Shown: piece by piece, positions 12,549 through 27,755 of the stretch | Layout: each line of letters starts with the position of its first letter | Position numbering within the stretch: the stretch's first letter is position 1 | From: Octopus vulgaris | Lineage: Eukaryota | Length of the DNA stretch: 64,000 bases | Direction of reading: 5' to 3' | Assembly: GCA_951406725.2 (NCBI GenBank) | Contig: OX597814.1 | Location: 209,870,001-209,934,000, forward strand | Program-made: the position numbers and the translations under genes | The notes under the pieces: generated by a model | Databases searched by the model: none | What the model was told of the DNA's origin: nothing | The model's input: only the letters and a program-made list of their open reading frames with translations

Positions 12549-14659
12549 TAAGAGAGATATATCTGATTACTTCAATAAAGCTTCAAAAGACTGTTGTTAT
12601 AACTTTTAGCAAAGGGGAGAGAATTTGTGAATGCATAATATCAAATGTTTTATAAAAAATTTACAGCGTGGACGTTAATCTAAAATCGGAAATGCAAGTT
12701 TTACATACTGAATTGTCTCTGAGTATTTCTAAATGGAAACCACATCTTTAACCGGAACTAAAAGTTGGCTATAGTTACAAACGTACCAGAAATATTAAGA
12801 ATCTGAATTCCAGAATTAACGGAAGTAATCACAATAACAACCTTCCGTATACTATGAGCTACAGTGCAATTGTGACTTTATGTTCATTAGGAGTACGCTT
12901 TTCCATCCGTGGCGCATGATTCCTAGATCAAGAATGAAACCCAACCTCAGGTTATTTCCTAGTTTCGAGATATCGTACGTTACACGTAACTTTTTTTCTT
13001 TTTGAAATTTTGTTTTGTTTTCCCAAAGTATCATTTAATCGATCGAAGCACCAGGAGCTTCATGCCGCGGTCACACCGTGCAATGTATAAAGTGTTATGA
13101 ATATTAATAATGTCGACAAAAATTTTTTTATTCAAAAGCCTGATGGACTGATATATTTCTGGATAAAAGATTATTTTAAAGAATTTTTAAGAGTAGTAAC
13201 AGATAAAAATGTTTTTAAATTCAAGAGCTTTATAAAAGACAGAAATTGCTTTTAACTAGAAGCACCAACGATGAAATATTAAAATAAAATAATGACAAGA
13301 GCTAAAAGAAAAACAACAAAAATGGCAGACAAAATTATATTAGCAAGGTAGATAAATTAAGCGACTATGAATAGCAGAGGGAAAGAATTTTTTGAAGTAC
13401 AAAATAAAGAAACAATCAATATGTAGCGGTTATATTTACCCAAGAAATCGCGTGCACTAATACAGTAATCCATACGAGTACTTCAGCCCGTACATATAGA
13501 TAAACACACACACACACACACACACGCATGCACACAAACACAGACACACATGCACACGGACGTACATACGATATTATACTCATTCGCACATGTATGTGTT
13601 TGAAAATTGTGCAAGAGTATGTTTATATATGTGTGTATGTGTTTGTGTGGGTATTTGTGCATATATATATATGTGTGTGTGTGTGTGTGTATGTGTACCG
13701 ATCAGTAATTTCATTTTAAATAGATTTTTAATCGTTCAAGATACTTGGGATTACAAGAGACGTTGCTAATATGAACCAAAATTAGTATCTAACCACTAGA
13801 AAACTCTTAATTAAACTTCAAAGAAGATGAGATACTCGCACAAAACGATATTCAACAACGTGACACTCGTACACATTGGCATAAATACACTTAAACACAC
13901 ACACGCATATACATATTACCTACATATACATATATATGTATAAAATATGCATATATATATATATATATATACATACATATATATGCGTGTGTATGTATGT
14001 GTGAGCGTGTGTGTGCCTGTATGTGTTTGTACATATGTATCTATGTATGTTTGTATGTATGTATACTATACATACACACGTTCGTATAATACACATACTA
14101 GCATGCATATATGCAAGGGTATTTATCCGGCAAGCTATAGGACACCAACAACATTAACAAGAATATTAAAGTATAATATACCAGCAATAGCTTAATGTAC
14201 ACATATAACTAAGAATATTTCTCTTCTGCTATCCAGGAAGAGGAACTGGCTACTAATTTCGCTATTTGCATTGTAATTGTATTGCGAAAACACACTTCAA
14301 ACAGAACTACTTTGCTCTGCACTTCCGCTCATAGAAACATGTATGACGATGACCACCTCCACTCTTGTTCTCACAAGGGTGTTTATCAAAGACTATGCCA
14401 TATGTCACTCGATTGTGTTCTTGCTCGTGCCGACCTTGCATTTATCTGCTTCTCATTCATGCTAAAAGTTTCTGAAGTTATGTATTTGAATATTCAACGT
14501 CCCTAGAATCTCGATTTCTTTTGTATTAGTTCGATAGATGCATACGTATATACATACGTACGTACATGCATAATCAGTCTCCTAGACCCAAAATCCTTGC
14601 TTCAATGGTCACCCTATCTCTCCTGTCACACACTAAGAATGCTACAACTACCTACGCAT

Positions 14660-16075
14660 TGATAAAAATAAATGATACAGAGGCATTGAAAAATAAAGAT
14701 AAAGTGACCAAAGAATATTATGCCAGACTTATAAAAATATGGCAGTCGGAACTCTCCTCTTACACCAAGGCAATATACCACAATGCACATGCAATACCAG
14801 TGCTGATTCCATCATTTGGGGTACTTAACTGGTCTTAACAGTGCTGAGTTCAACATTTGGGATATTTAACAAGAAATCCATTACATAGACGTTAAAACCC
14901 GCAAAGTACTGAGATCAACTGGAAATCCCTATGGCAATAGTGATATCGACAGGTTCTACATAAGATGTGATAAAGTAAGTAGAGGCTGGAGATCAGTGAA
15001 GGCAGACTTCAAGTATTGTATAGTCTATCAGAAACAGCACTTGTTAAACAACAGCAGCCAAAATAAACACATTAACTTAGTGCTGAACATTGAAGAGAAC
15101 AATATTCTACGTGTCGTCAGGCGCCCTCTGGATGCGCTCTCGTCTTTACGAGCTCCCAAACAGTCTCAAAATACTCGGACTAACATATTTCAGATATTAC
15201 TAGCAAGTGAAACGCTCAGCATACTAAGGGTAGACTGCACATGTGTATGTTTCCTGATTTCGTGAAGAAGACAGTAACATTGGTTTCAGATTTTGGCACA
15301 TGGTTAGCAAGCTGCTAGGAGGGACACACCGATTACATCAAATCCTTTGGGCTACTGGTACATATTTTATCAACTCCGAAAGGATGAAAGGCAAAGTCGA
15401 CCACAGCGGAATTTGAACTCAGAAGACAGTAATATTGACATGTGGCGAAGACTTGGACTCGAGACCGCCACATCACACTTCGAAGGCTGTACATTTGCAA
15501 ACCAAGAACTGGGGATTTCACGAAATATTTAATAAATAAAAGAGAATGTAAAGCCCAAAATTTTCACCAAGTTATACACGCATATACATCAAAATCATTG
15601 GCTAACGTTGTCGCAAAAACGGTATATAATGCCATTCGGAAAAAAAATGTCCTGCAAAAAATATAGAGAACCTCTAGTTATTGAAGACATACACAAACAT
15701 CATCCCAAGGGATACTAGTGGAACATTCCCATCAAAACGTCTGTCAAATGTAAACATAACTGACCGGATATTGTTGTTTGGGGCTCAAGAAAAAGTACGA
15801 ACCGCCAGAGAAGTCAACTGTCTTACTGGTGGGAATGTTTCTTTGACAGTTAAAGAGAAACAGTTTGAGTATGGACCACAGCTTCGAAACATTCAACTTC
15901 TATATCCAGATTATAAATTCACATGTATGCCAGTAATGACTGGTGAATTGAATTTGTGTGTAAATGCCTAAGTGACAATCTGGATGAGCTAAGGTTTTCA
16001 GTAACCAGCTAACTCGCGCATTACAAATCCACTCAGTAAGTGGAACAGAAAAAATATGCAAGCCTTTATCAAGAT
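14660..16075 (+). mobile_element. R4/Dong-like (RLE-type) LINE relic, RT C-terminus to 3' end
   Basis: NKDKVTKEYYARLIKIWQSELS..HNAHAIPVLIPSFGVLNW, IDVKTRKVLR, SDIDRF, NVVAKTVYNAI, QLLYPDYKF; interrupted by a SINE at ~15280-15440. Confidence 0.75.
15280..15440 (-). mobile_element. SINE family D fragment
   Basis: gaaaggatgaaaggcaaagtcgaccacagcggaatttgaactc core. Confidence 0.75.
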
Positions 16076-16244
16076 TAAAAGGTTTCATTGCCATTGTTAT
16101 CTACATTCCGACGATTGACCTTTATATCTTTGGTAGAAACCAGTTCCTTCTTCAAAGGAAAACTTAAATAATCAAGAACATAGATATTTGTATAGTATAT
16201 ATATATATATATATATACACAGACAGACAGACACACACACGCAT

Positions 16245-16291
<47 letters not shown>

Positions 16292-16297
16292 GAGAGT

Positions 16298-16339
<42 letters not shown>

Positions 16340-17244
16340 AAGAAAGAGAAAGAAAGAGAGAAAATAAATCAAACTATCATACCACGATTAAAAGTTTCAT
16401 GGAGAGCAAGACTAAATCTATGTGATTCGATTGAATCACATCATTTTCCGCAATGTTTCTATCTATTGCAGCACATTATCATTATCTACTAGGGCGAGCA
16501 TCTCAGCAAAAAACTCACACACGCACACACACACACACACCCACACACACACACATGGAATTACATAAAGGCATATACATCAAAATCATTGGCAAGCGTT
16601 TGCATAGATTTAAACAGTTTCGTGGAGTTTTTTGTTTTATTATTATTCTGTAGGAGCGCTATTTTGAGGTCTAGTGTGACAACTGGAAAGTCATTACGAT
16701 GTAGAAAAACATCGTAATTTCACCAAGAAAGCATTGTTTCAAACACCTAATTGTAAATACGAAATATTTGACCAAGTGAATGCGTTAGAATGCTTCCTTT
16801 TATCTACAGCCCGACTGCCAGCCAATCCGCAAATATATTCGGATTCAAAGCACGGAAATGCCTTTCCGTATAAAAGACCTTGAGGATTTCAAAGTTGATA
16901 CGATAAACACCATCCAAAAGTAAGATAGTAAAATCAAGGCGTCGTTCTAATCCTTTCTAGACTTTTTAAACAATTATTAAAAAAAAATTAAAACAAACAT
17001 TTAATGTACACATTCTTGCCCACAACGTAAAGAATATACACGAAAGAAACAAATACAAACTAATTATTTCGAACGCCACAACCAAAATATGCGGCAAAAT
17101 AGCATCCTAAAATATAATGGCGTACGCACCAAAGCGAAGGCGCTAGCTGCCTACGTAAATATAGAAGTTCGAACAGATAGGTTCACTCCACATCCCCCTT
17201 TATATCACGCGTAATAACCACTGCCCTAACTTCCTTACATGAGC

Positions 17245-17800
17245 TGTTTGCAACATTTGGCATCCGAGACGCGATAGTGTCTGACAATGGAACTTAATTT
17301 GTGTCTTTTGAGTTTAGAACACAAAACTACGGTTCCATACCATCCCAGATCTAACGGACAGGCAGGACAATTTGTTGATATGTTCAAGAGAGCACTAAGA
17401 AGGTCGAATAAGGGAGTCACGGATGTGGTAGCTCTACAACAACTCTTAAGAGTATATCGTGTGACACCAAATCCAACTACACCAGCAACTATGTAGCCAA
17501 CGAAGCTAATGTTTGCTTCGATAAATTCCTACCTGGGAAGAAAAGAAAAATTGCAATTGATGAAAAGGTATTTGTGAGGGTATATATGCACGGGAAACAG
17601 AGTTAGGAAGATGGCATGATGGCATAGGAAAAATGCTATACTTCGTAAAAAGTAGAAAAAGCGTATATAAGAGACACATAAACCAACTGAAAAATAGATT
17701 CGTTGAGAGCGAACCCAAGAAAATGGAAGAGCCAACGAAATGTTTAAATGATACTATCCAAGTACCATCACCTCTACACGTAATTGAACCCATGTGCAAA
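17245..17800 (+). pseudogene. Gypsy-type LTR retrotransposon integrase relic
   Basis: FGIRDAIVSDNGT, PYHPRSNGQAGQFVDMFKRAL, LRVYRVTPN..T, KRHINQLK. Confidence 0.85.
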
Positions 17801-17971
17801 AAAATGTACGGAGTTCCTGGAAGTGGATACCAGACGGAAAAAGATATTAAATGCATAACTAAGAAAAAGAACTCAAATAAGGAGATGGGTTGATATGAAA
17901 ATTATTGCTAATAAAAAAAAAAAAAAAACGACACCCCCTAAGAAGAAAGAACATCTTGAAAAGGGAGATTT

Positions 17972-18073
17972 TGTGGGGATAATAGTAATAATGGTACACG
18001 CAACCCACGCGACGAGTGGAATAACCAGGTCGCTATAAATAAGGTGACGTCGGTCAGTATAGACGGAGAGACA

Positions 18074-18128
<55 letters not shown>

Positions 18129-18206
18129 GAAAATAGACTTTCTTAGATAGCCGTGTCCTTACTGGTCTAACAACTATACTGCTTTACCGAAGTGGGCGTT
18201 ATAACA
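17972..18206 (+). mobile_element. Putative 3' LTR of the Gypsy relic
   Basis: Preceded by polypurine tract gaaaagggaga; starts TGT, TATA-like ctataaata, (GA)n inside, ends ..ataACA. Confidence 0.55.
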
Positions 18207-18839
18207 ATCTGGCATTAAGGGATTACAACAGAAACCAAGTAACAAGTATCAGCAGAAGAAACTTCAGTCTCTTCTTTTATGAGAGATATTCAACGGTGTA
18301 CTCAAACCCTTTTGCTAAAGTACTGGAGATCAATGGCTGTATTGATGAATTAGCGAATACAAACGACCACTTCTCCCCAAATAAATTTAAAAATGAAAAG
18401 GTATCTGGCTGAAATTATGTTCTGTGGACGCCCCCAGACGATGAAGAAGGCTAGCCCAATACGTAGTTGTAGAGGGAGAAGTCTAACGTCGGGAGTTGAG
18501 TAGAGGACATCGGAACGTGCGATATAACAAATTATTAGTTCAATTGTTGTTAAATGACATATGTAGCTCGACATAATTGTGTCCTTTATTTGCTCTTGTT
18601 TGCTGTATGACGACATTACATTAGTACTTTAAAATTATCATTAGACATTCCTATTTCCTATATTGATATACTTAACAAGAAGGTGAACTGACTACAAAGA
18701 GGCAAGTATCGCTCAACACAAAGGCACCGGAACAGCAACTATGGTGTCGCTTTCTTAGTGTACCGGTGGCTATTTCACAAGCGTACCTGTCTCTTCACTC
18801 TGCCTTTTCTACCTCAAAGATTACTTTTTCAGAGAAATG

Positions 18840-19150
18840 GGTCATATCATGCAAAGTTCATTCAGGCACTTTCAACTTAGAGGTCCCTTAGTCTTTTATC
18901 ATGAACATTGAGGTCATATTTTACTCAGTCCTTCTACATATGTACAACATTTCACTACAATTATCTCTTTGTTCATGTTCCTTTGCCTCTCTCAACTTGC
19001 ACCTATTGAAAACGATTATTAAGTGCGCCAGTCTCACGGATTCCAGAGGGGCTTTGAAGATCACGGACCCTTCCTCTTGCTCCAGACGGAATATATGAAA
19101 GAAAGAAATATCAAACATATTTTATCATGTCCATATATCCATTTAGTTTT
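18840..19150 (+). pseudogene. Very decayed LINE RT relic (I/Jockey-like)
   Basis: YNISLQLSLC..., QSHGFQRG, KHILS resemble RT domains 2-3. Confidence 0.3.
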
Positions 19151-19426
19151 AGTTTTACCTTATATAGCGTCGTCTGATTTATCGACACTTGTTAGTTTTT
19201 TCATCTATCTTATTTTCCAATAACTTATCTCTTATATTGCATTTAATTCTCCATTCACGCATTGTCTTCTAACTTACTTCGACGCTATTCTACTGTTTTG
19301 GCTTCCATCATCTTACTTTTCTCCGTCTCATATTTCGCTCTATATGTAAATATACCTGTTTGTATATATATATATATATGTATGTATATGTATACATATA
19401 TGTATACATATATGTATATGTGTATA

Positions 19427-19468
<42 letters not shown>

Positions 19469-19604
19469 CACACAGACAACTTATATATATATATGCTTAC
19501 ATTGACATAAACATATATATAATGACCATTTATACATATGTATACACGCAAAAATATATGTATATATATGTATGTATATATATTTTATACACACATACAC
19601 ACAC

Positions 19605-19673
<69 letters not shown>

Positions 19674-21356
19674 TAGGTGCAGCTCTTTTTACAACGTTTT
19701 CTCCTTCTATAAAGCTTTTAACTTCTCCCTTACTCAATGTCTAGCTTTTTTACTCAAACCTGTATTTCGCGGCTTTTCTTTGTTTCTTCCTGTCTTCCTC
19801 TCTTGTTCAGTCTCTCACTGACTCCTTTTCTCTGTCTTCTGTATTCACTCACATTTCCAATTTATTTTGCTGCGGTAATCGTATTATCATATAACATCGG
19901 CCCACATGTGCTGAAAGCATTTCAATGTCTTTTAAGCAGAACATAAAATGCTAAAATATCTATCTAAAAGAATGGCTACGATACAAAACTTCTGCAAAGA
20001 AACTACGAAAGACAGGTTTATTTCATATTTTCTGATTCATAGAAAGTAAGGTAATTTGTTGGACATTAGTAAAATCTCATAAAAGTACAATCTCTAAGGG
20101 TTAAGAGAAAACATTAAACTTCCTCCGGAGGTTTTCTTTAGTAATAATAAAACGAAAAAATTATTCTGAGTTTCGATCACATGTTTAATATATCTATACA
20201 TAAAATGGACTTCCGTCGCTTTTGATGATAAAGATTGAGTTGTTTTATAAACCAAATTATCTACTCGGTGATTTTGCACGTAAATGACTGAGACAAACTT
20301 ACCCTTAACTTATTCTCATGCTGGCTCTGCGCAACACGGCGTATGGTACGGCTTTAATTTTAATTGCAGGCACAATACACCCGGGAAGCATAGCTTTTGG
20401 ACTACAGCTTTAACATGGGATAGGACGACTCACTATCAAGGAAATGATAAAAATAGTTCGAATCCGGGTCATCGTAATTGCTGAGAGAAATTGTTTACTC
20501 TTTTGGCGTTGGTATGACAACGATTTTGTGCACATATTTCACATTTCGTCGTGAAATCTTAACTTTACCTGGTAAAACTTCGGAAAATTTGCATTTTAGG
20601 TCATAAAAGTGGGATCATGAAGTATTTTGCTGTGCGTATATTGTTTAGGAGAACTATTCCCCTACAGGTTTGGTATTTTATAGGCCAAGGTGGTACTTCG
20701 GAGATTCAATACCCTATAGCAATTCCCCCGATCTGCATTGTGCTTCATAACTATCTGTTCTAAGATTAATTATAAATATAATTAATATTTTATTGTGATA
20801 GAAAAAGGAAATAAGTTTCCTGCGGTTTAAATAAGAATATATGCAAAAAACGATACAACAATACTGTTAATGACAGGAAGTGACCTTCAATACGTCTCAT
20901 GAAAAATGCGGAGATTTTAGACATAATTTTATTTGATTGTTCTTGCTCGCCATATATCAGTGTATCTCTAATGTACATTATATGTTATTTTATGTGTATC
21001 CAGCAAAAATTTGAAAATATATTTGAAAGCCAATTTCCCCGACGAGTGTGTTGCACATCTATTATGGTGAAGTGCACTGAACGGATACAAATATTGTGTT
21101 TAGTGTTTGACCAGTCATTCATTTTCGTTATTATTATTATTCTTTTGATCATAACCTTTTGCCCTCACTTTTTATAAATTACCGACTGGTGGAGCGTATG
21201 TGCGCATGTATGTGCCTGCGTATCAAAACGTGTTTCTACATGTGTGCATATTATTTGTGCGTATATTTCAAGTTGAAATAGTCACCATGTGTATCAAAAT
21301 TACACCGTATACAATGCAACTGCATTCAAACTTTATTTATAAGAAAACTTAATATG

Positions 21357-21409
<53 letters not shown>

Positions 21410-22703
21410 TGTGGGGGAGAGGTGCACTTAAGTATAGCTATAACTGTGTATGTAAATGACATTTCAAAGAACAGAGAACGAAGTTAATATAAGTAATGTA
21501 ACTTAATATAACTGACTGAACAAAGGTAGATGAAGATGCATTGAATATATTACGTTTTGGGTTAATATTAAACTAAACTTTGTTCCGCGCTTCAACAGCA
21601 GATTCAATAGTTGCAACTATTTTGTCTTGAAAATATGTTATCTTTTAAACAAAATGATGACTTTGTTTTCAAATGAATTTTGTAAGTGATAGTTATATAT
21701 TTTATAGCTGCTTTTATTTATTTAGCAATGAAAAAGTCGTTTATAAAGTTACTATGTCATAAACCGTGTTAGAAAGCAACACCATCACACAGTCAAGCAG
21801 AACTGTTGAGAACAAACAACGTTTTGACACCGGCGGCAGTAAAAACAACTACGTTTAATCAAAAGCAGACAATATTTAAAATAGATGTAAAGCACTAGTG
21901 AACTGCTGACTTTGCAATAAGTAGATAGAAAAGCTGTCTCCTCAACAAGAAATAAAATGGATTCATAGGTGTCAAATTAAAATAATAATATGGCGTCAGC
22001 GTATTATTCAGCAAATACTTTAAAGCGAATAAATATGCAAGATCGAAGGTGTGATGTGGCAAAACATCACAGTTAATATATGGTAGTTATAGATTGACAC
22101 CTTCCACTCGCTTGCTTCATCGTATGACATGGCATGAATGAATAGCATTAAATGAAACAAACTTGCCTCAAAGCTGAGAAGTAATTTATTGTGCCAAATA
22201 GAAAATACATGAAATAAATCTGCAGAATTACTGAAACGATAAAGTTAACAACTATTTTTGCTATGGATGTAATACCTTATGTGTTTAATCATTTTAGTAA
22301 TAACACATTCTGATGCTAAATATTGATAATGTTAGTAAAATTCAAACTACAGCGTGGAGCTAAATATTCTCTGTTCTAATTATTTGCGAAATTTATATAC
22401 ATAAATTAGTCGAATGAGATACATCAACGAACGATATTGAAGCACTGATTTGTAAAATATTAGACAATGAAATCGATAACGAAAATCAATAACCAAAACA
22501 AATATAAAATAATTATAAATTACATTAATTGTTTATAATTATATACAAAAATCAAACGACTATTCTGGAAGTTAAGTTTGATTTATTAGAAATTATTATG
22601 ACTTAACATTGTACGGATGAATGAAGGAAATATTATATTGCGTTAATTACACCTTAAGAAAGAAGCAAAATTCTGTTTAGCTTCACTGACTTGTTCTTGA
22701 TTC

Positions 22704-22754
22704 TCAGATGAAAGCTGTTTTCGTCACTTACGCACTGAGTGCTCTTCAGTCTGA
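22704..22754 (-). ncRNA. Degenerate type I hammerhead motif
   Basis: minus: tcaga CTGAAGA g cact..agtg ac GAAA acagctttca tctga; 5-bp stem I, but NUH register off by one. Confidence 0.4.
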
Positions 22755-24326
22755 TATGAACCATATTTAATATCATTTGAACTTAACTTACACATTTATT
22801 GCAATGTGTTTAATTACTACAACATTTTATTTATTAATTATGCTGACATAAGTAGAGGTAGAATCATTCACTTTATATCAGTCTTGGTTATTAACCGAAA
22901 GCAAATCTATTTGTTTACGCCTAAGTTCTCACGAAAAGGGTATGAACGTCTCAAAACCTCATCTACACTAATTGTACGTGCAACTGTTCTCATAATCATT
23001 TAGCTCCATTCTCAATCGAGACTGAGCCTATCTATGAAATAAGGTATTCCAGGAGTTGTCATCAGGTTTTTTAGGAGTATGTCAGACGACATTACCCAAT
23101 ACGTCCTTTCTCTTTCATAGACGGTAAACATGAATCCATAAATATTTATCTGCCATTTCTAGTCAATCAATGAGCACTTAGGTGCTCTGCTTGTCGTGTA
23201 TGCTGCAAACATCTACCATTGACGCAATTTTTACAATAAAAAATAAAAAGACTTTTCTAATAGTGTTATGTAGTATACTAATTGCCATAAACATATTTTA
23301 TTTTACTCGCGTCTGTAAATAAAAATTATGTTTTTATTTTAAACGATAAATTCGTGTTCGGGGGGGGGGGGAATTATAGTAGTTCTATGAAAAGCCATTC
23401 CTGCATCTTGAAACGAAATTATTTTGAAAATTAACTTCACGTGATACTAAGTATAGAGACTAGATTTGTTTTCGAGATTTTGATATTTTTTAAAACCAAA
23501 GAACATTTTACAAGTCGCAGAGATAAAACAGTCTTAAAGTACGAAGAGAATTATCGTAACATTCCCTAAGGCTACAGTATAGTCTATATGCTAAACAACT
23601 TGACAATTATACTAAAGTATTTGTTAATTATAAAATATTTCACTCATTTTCGTTACCTGTTCTAACGGTTCAAATATGGAGAATGAATTTTACGTTTCTA
23701 CTTCATCGTACTCAACACAAATCATCCACAAACAAATATGCTTAAGAGCAAATTATAAAAGACTCACATGTAAGTGTTTCGATGATATAGTCAATTTATA
23801 TTTCCTCATAGCGCTGGGATATTAAACGTGTACATACGTGTTTGCAAAACTCTAATGAAATAAAATATAGATAATAGGAAATTCAAAAGCAAATATATGA
23901 AATGTTCCTGAACGATATTGAAAATTCCATCACGAAGTCAACCTTTCCGGAAATAAGCAGCACTTTATACTAATCATTTAGCAATTAGAGATACAATAGG
24001 ACTGAACTATTCTATCGACAGGATTGCGTAAAGCAAGACAATATCGGAAGTAGAGCGGCGTGATTTGTTTTCAGTTCCATCGCAACCACGTTCGAGCAAA
24101 GTAGTCGAGTTCCGAATACTGGGAAGGTAATATACATAAAATAAATTTGCGTGTTACGTTATTTTATTTTTGGAGTAGCAAATCAGCGTATGAGCATCAT
24201 ATGATGATCATTTCTTTGATGAGAAGTAAAAACTGAGATGGTATTGATTCGGTAGTAGACAGAGAATGAAAGAAGTTTGTCGTACATTCACACACACACA
24301 CACATACACATACACATGTATACATT

Positions 24327-24480
24327 TACGTGTGTGTCTTTGTATTTGTGTTTGTCCCCACCACCGCTTGACAACCGGTATTACTGTTAACGTTCCTGTA
24401 CATAGCGTCTGAATAAGTACCAGCCTTTGAAAATGTCCTACAGTTGAATTTCTCGACTACAAACCCTTCGTGGTGGTAAT
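24327..24480 (+). mobile_element. SINE family C 3' half
   Basis: tttgtccccaccaccgcttgacaaccggt...ataagtaccag matches 40985-41110. Confidence 0.65.
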
Positions 24481-24552
24481 ATTGATGTAGATCAAATTGA
24501 CTCCTGATACAAAATCCTACCAAAACGCCTTCGTGCCGATGTTTGACACTTT

Positions 24553-24663
24553 ATACATACATACATACATACATACATACATACATACATACATACATAC
24601 ATACATACATACATACATACATACATACATACATACATACATACATAAATACATACATACATA
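24553..24663. repeat. (TACA)n microsatellite
   Basis: direct reading. Confidence 0.95.
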
Positions 24664-25056
24664 CGCATATACACATATATCATATAGCACGTAAACACAA
24701 AAAACATTTAAGACTTACTATTGCTAATTTGGTAGAATCTTTATAATTCATTAACAGATTACATCAAGATATAATTGTTGGAAATTTTAACCGCCATTGG
24801 TGTTTATCTTTTATACGTACGCAACACGAAGAGTCAACCCCAGTATCGGATGTACGGTTTAAAATGGATTTAGTACTTGCACTCAACGGTATCCTACTTC
24901 ATATTTTCAGCCTTATTTGCCTCCTGTGACCCCAGTATTATCGTATCTAGTAATTCCTGTCGTTCTACGTACTGTTGTGCACAAATTCTAAAGAATAATC
25001 ATCACTAAATCATATTTATACATGTATGTATGTATGTATGTATGTATGTATGTATG

Positions 25057-25090
<34 letters not shown>

Positions 25091-25139
25091 TGTATGTATG
25101 TGTGTGTATGTATATATGTGTGTGTGTGTATGTGTGTGC

Positions 25140-25362
25140 GTGTCTTTGTGTCTGTGTTAGTCACGTACCAGCGTGTCTGTGTTAGTCACGTACCAAAAGT
25201 GCTAACCGGTGTTAGTATGTTTACGTCCCCGTAACTCAGCGGCTCCTCAAAATATCTCGATAGAATATGTACCAGGCTTTAAAAATGTTCTTGGGTCCAG
25301 TTGTTCGACTAAAAACCTTTCAAGTCGGTGTCCCAGCAGCATGCCGCAGTTACGCAAGTAAA
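25140..25362 (+). mobile_element. SINE family C 3' half
   Basis: gtttacgtccccgtaactcagcgg...ttcgactaaaa...ggtgtcccagc...gccgcagt. Confidence 0.7.
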
Positions 25363-25871
25363 TTATAAAAAAACTATATATATATATATATATACATGAT
25401 ATGCAAATATACATATACATATATATGTACGCATGTGTTATATGCTCATATTATTTGTATTGTATTTAAAATATTTATATTTTCCTGAAGCATATGTTGT
25501 TGAATGCTCATATTGCAAGTAATGTATGTTATACCTACTTCTCTCTTTATCTCTCTCCCTCTTTCTGTTATACATGTATGTGTTTGTGTGTGCGTGTATG
25601 TATGTACGTATGCTTGGAAGTATTGCATATGAGTGTGATTATGTATGTGTCTATGTGTGAGCATGGAAAAGAGAAAGAGAGTGTCTGTGTTTATAATATT
25701 AATATTTCTATTTATAAGACATAAAACATTTTTTTGCAGATAATGTAAATGTTATTCTTCTCTGTTTTATTAGACAAATATTTCCATCATATTTGCCCAT
25801 ACTCCGTTTACATAAATTTCCAAAGCGGCAATACACAGGTGCACATATATCTACCCGCACCATAAATGTAT

Positions 25872-25924
<53 letters not shown>

Positions 25925-26036
25925 CGTGTATTTGAGTATTAATATAATGTTTTAAAAATTTTGGCAAAACACATCTTTCACCTCTATATATTATTACACA
26001 TATACATCACATTTACATACATATACATATGTGTGC

Positions 26037-26098
<62 letters not shown>

Positions 26099-26639
26099 TC
26101 ATAACTTAAATGTAACTACTTTTACAAAAGATTTGCATTATATTATTTTAATATTTACGAAAAAATTCATTAAAAGAATGTCTCTTCTTATCTTACAAAA
26201 CATTCCATTGTATTCAACATCTATTTTAATCATCACACGCACAAAGTAATTTTATGAAACCTTTCTATTCTACCAATAACACAAGAGTTTTGTATTAAAT
26301 TGTATAAAAAAAACATACTTTGTAGTTATTTCAGTAAAACTCTCGAATCTATTTTAAATATCAAATTTCTAGATCGATATATTTTTACTGATAACTTGGT
26401 TTATGACATTAATATTTTTCATTTATTTGTTTATTTATTAATTCACACTTTAACTTTGATGGCTTCTTAATGCAATCAGTTATCAATAATAGAATACTGG
26501 GTGCGGATAAAAATGTATAGAAGCTCAAAACATGAGATTCTACACTTTCACGTTCATAGTTTGGCTCACTTTAAATATGAATTCAATACTAGATTTTTAT
26601 TTAAGCTCTATCTTTGGCAAATTCCGGAGAGATACTAAA

Positions 26640-27360
26640 AACTAACTACAAATATCTTTAACAACAACGCCAAATGCCCAAATCGTCATCACTAGAGTAT
26701 CCACCAGTTCAATGAACGTAACAATGAAGATATGTTGTGCGTATTTCAAGTATGCAGAAGCAGATAACATTTCATCATGGGAATCATATTTGTTTTGAAA
26801 CCGGTTATTTAATTGCTTTTTTTAAACCTTAATTCGATCTTTTCTTTATTTTATCTATTTAAATAATAACATTGTAGGTTTACTGCTTCATAATAGAACT
26901 ATTAATGTTGTTACTTAATTTCGTTACTAACATCCTCATGACGTTCAGATTAAAGAAACATGGTTGAGATGACAATAAACTAAGCTCCCCAGTCTAATAT
27001 GTCGAAAATATCTTACATAGAAAATTGATTGCTGCTGCTATGAAGAATCTCTCTGATGTCATTAATTTGAATCCAAATTTATATGACAAAGAAATACGCT
27101 GACATCTGTTGGAGCAAATTTACTTCAGATCTCTACTACAATCGTCTAAAGTTCAAAGCAAAGATTAACTATTGATGCACCTGGAAATCAGGGTTTTCTT
27201 TAATAAGGACCTCAACGTAGGTATAAAACGAGAAGAACGTCTGACTAACACCGCAGATATCAATCACAATTTTGTTGAAAGAGATATAATGAATAGAGAT
27301 TACAACGTTCTAACAATGTAAACTTTCACCACAGCCTTTGAGGTTTGCGGAAACATCAAT
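26640..27360 (+). pseudogene. Very decayed CR1-like LINE relic
   Basis: PNAQIVIT (APE-like), LLMHLE, QRRYKTRRT (cf. QYGFR..RST), TTAFEV (cf. SKAFD.V). Confidence 0.3.
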
Positions 27361-27544
27361 GCCAAAGAAATAAGAAAAAAAAAAGATAAACACTTTTGAG
27401 CATTTCGAGAACTTGATTCAATTAATATTACATGAATCATAGCTTGAAATGCCAGCCAGAACGAAACTCAGTTCTATATTTCTCCGTCGAACCTAATCTA
27501 ATTTTCTTAAGAATTGGCACGCGTTGGATTACTTTACATATGTT

Positions 27545-27755
27545 AATTTCAAATTTAGGCACAAGGCCAGCAGTTGTGGGTGAGTGGTTAAGTCGATTAA
27601 ACCGACTCAAGTGCTCAACTGGTACTCACTTTATTGACCCTGTAATGATGAAAGGCAAAGTCGACCACGGCAGAATTTAAACTCGGAAAGTAAAGTCGGT
27701 CGAAATATCGTTTCGAATTTTACTCGGCATGCTAACCATTCTGCAAGCTCGCCAT
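27545..27755 (-). mobile_element. SINE family D, full length, diverged
   Basis: Aligns with 34140-34362 core and head. Confidence 0.8.

Noticed and set aside
14280-14460. Minus-strand VIHVSMSGSAEQSSS resembling the hAT dimerisation motif
   Set aside because: Too short and divergent, no other hAT features seen
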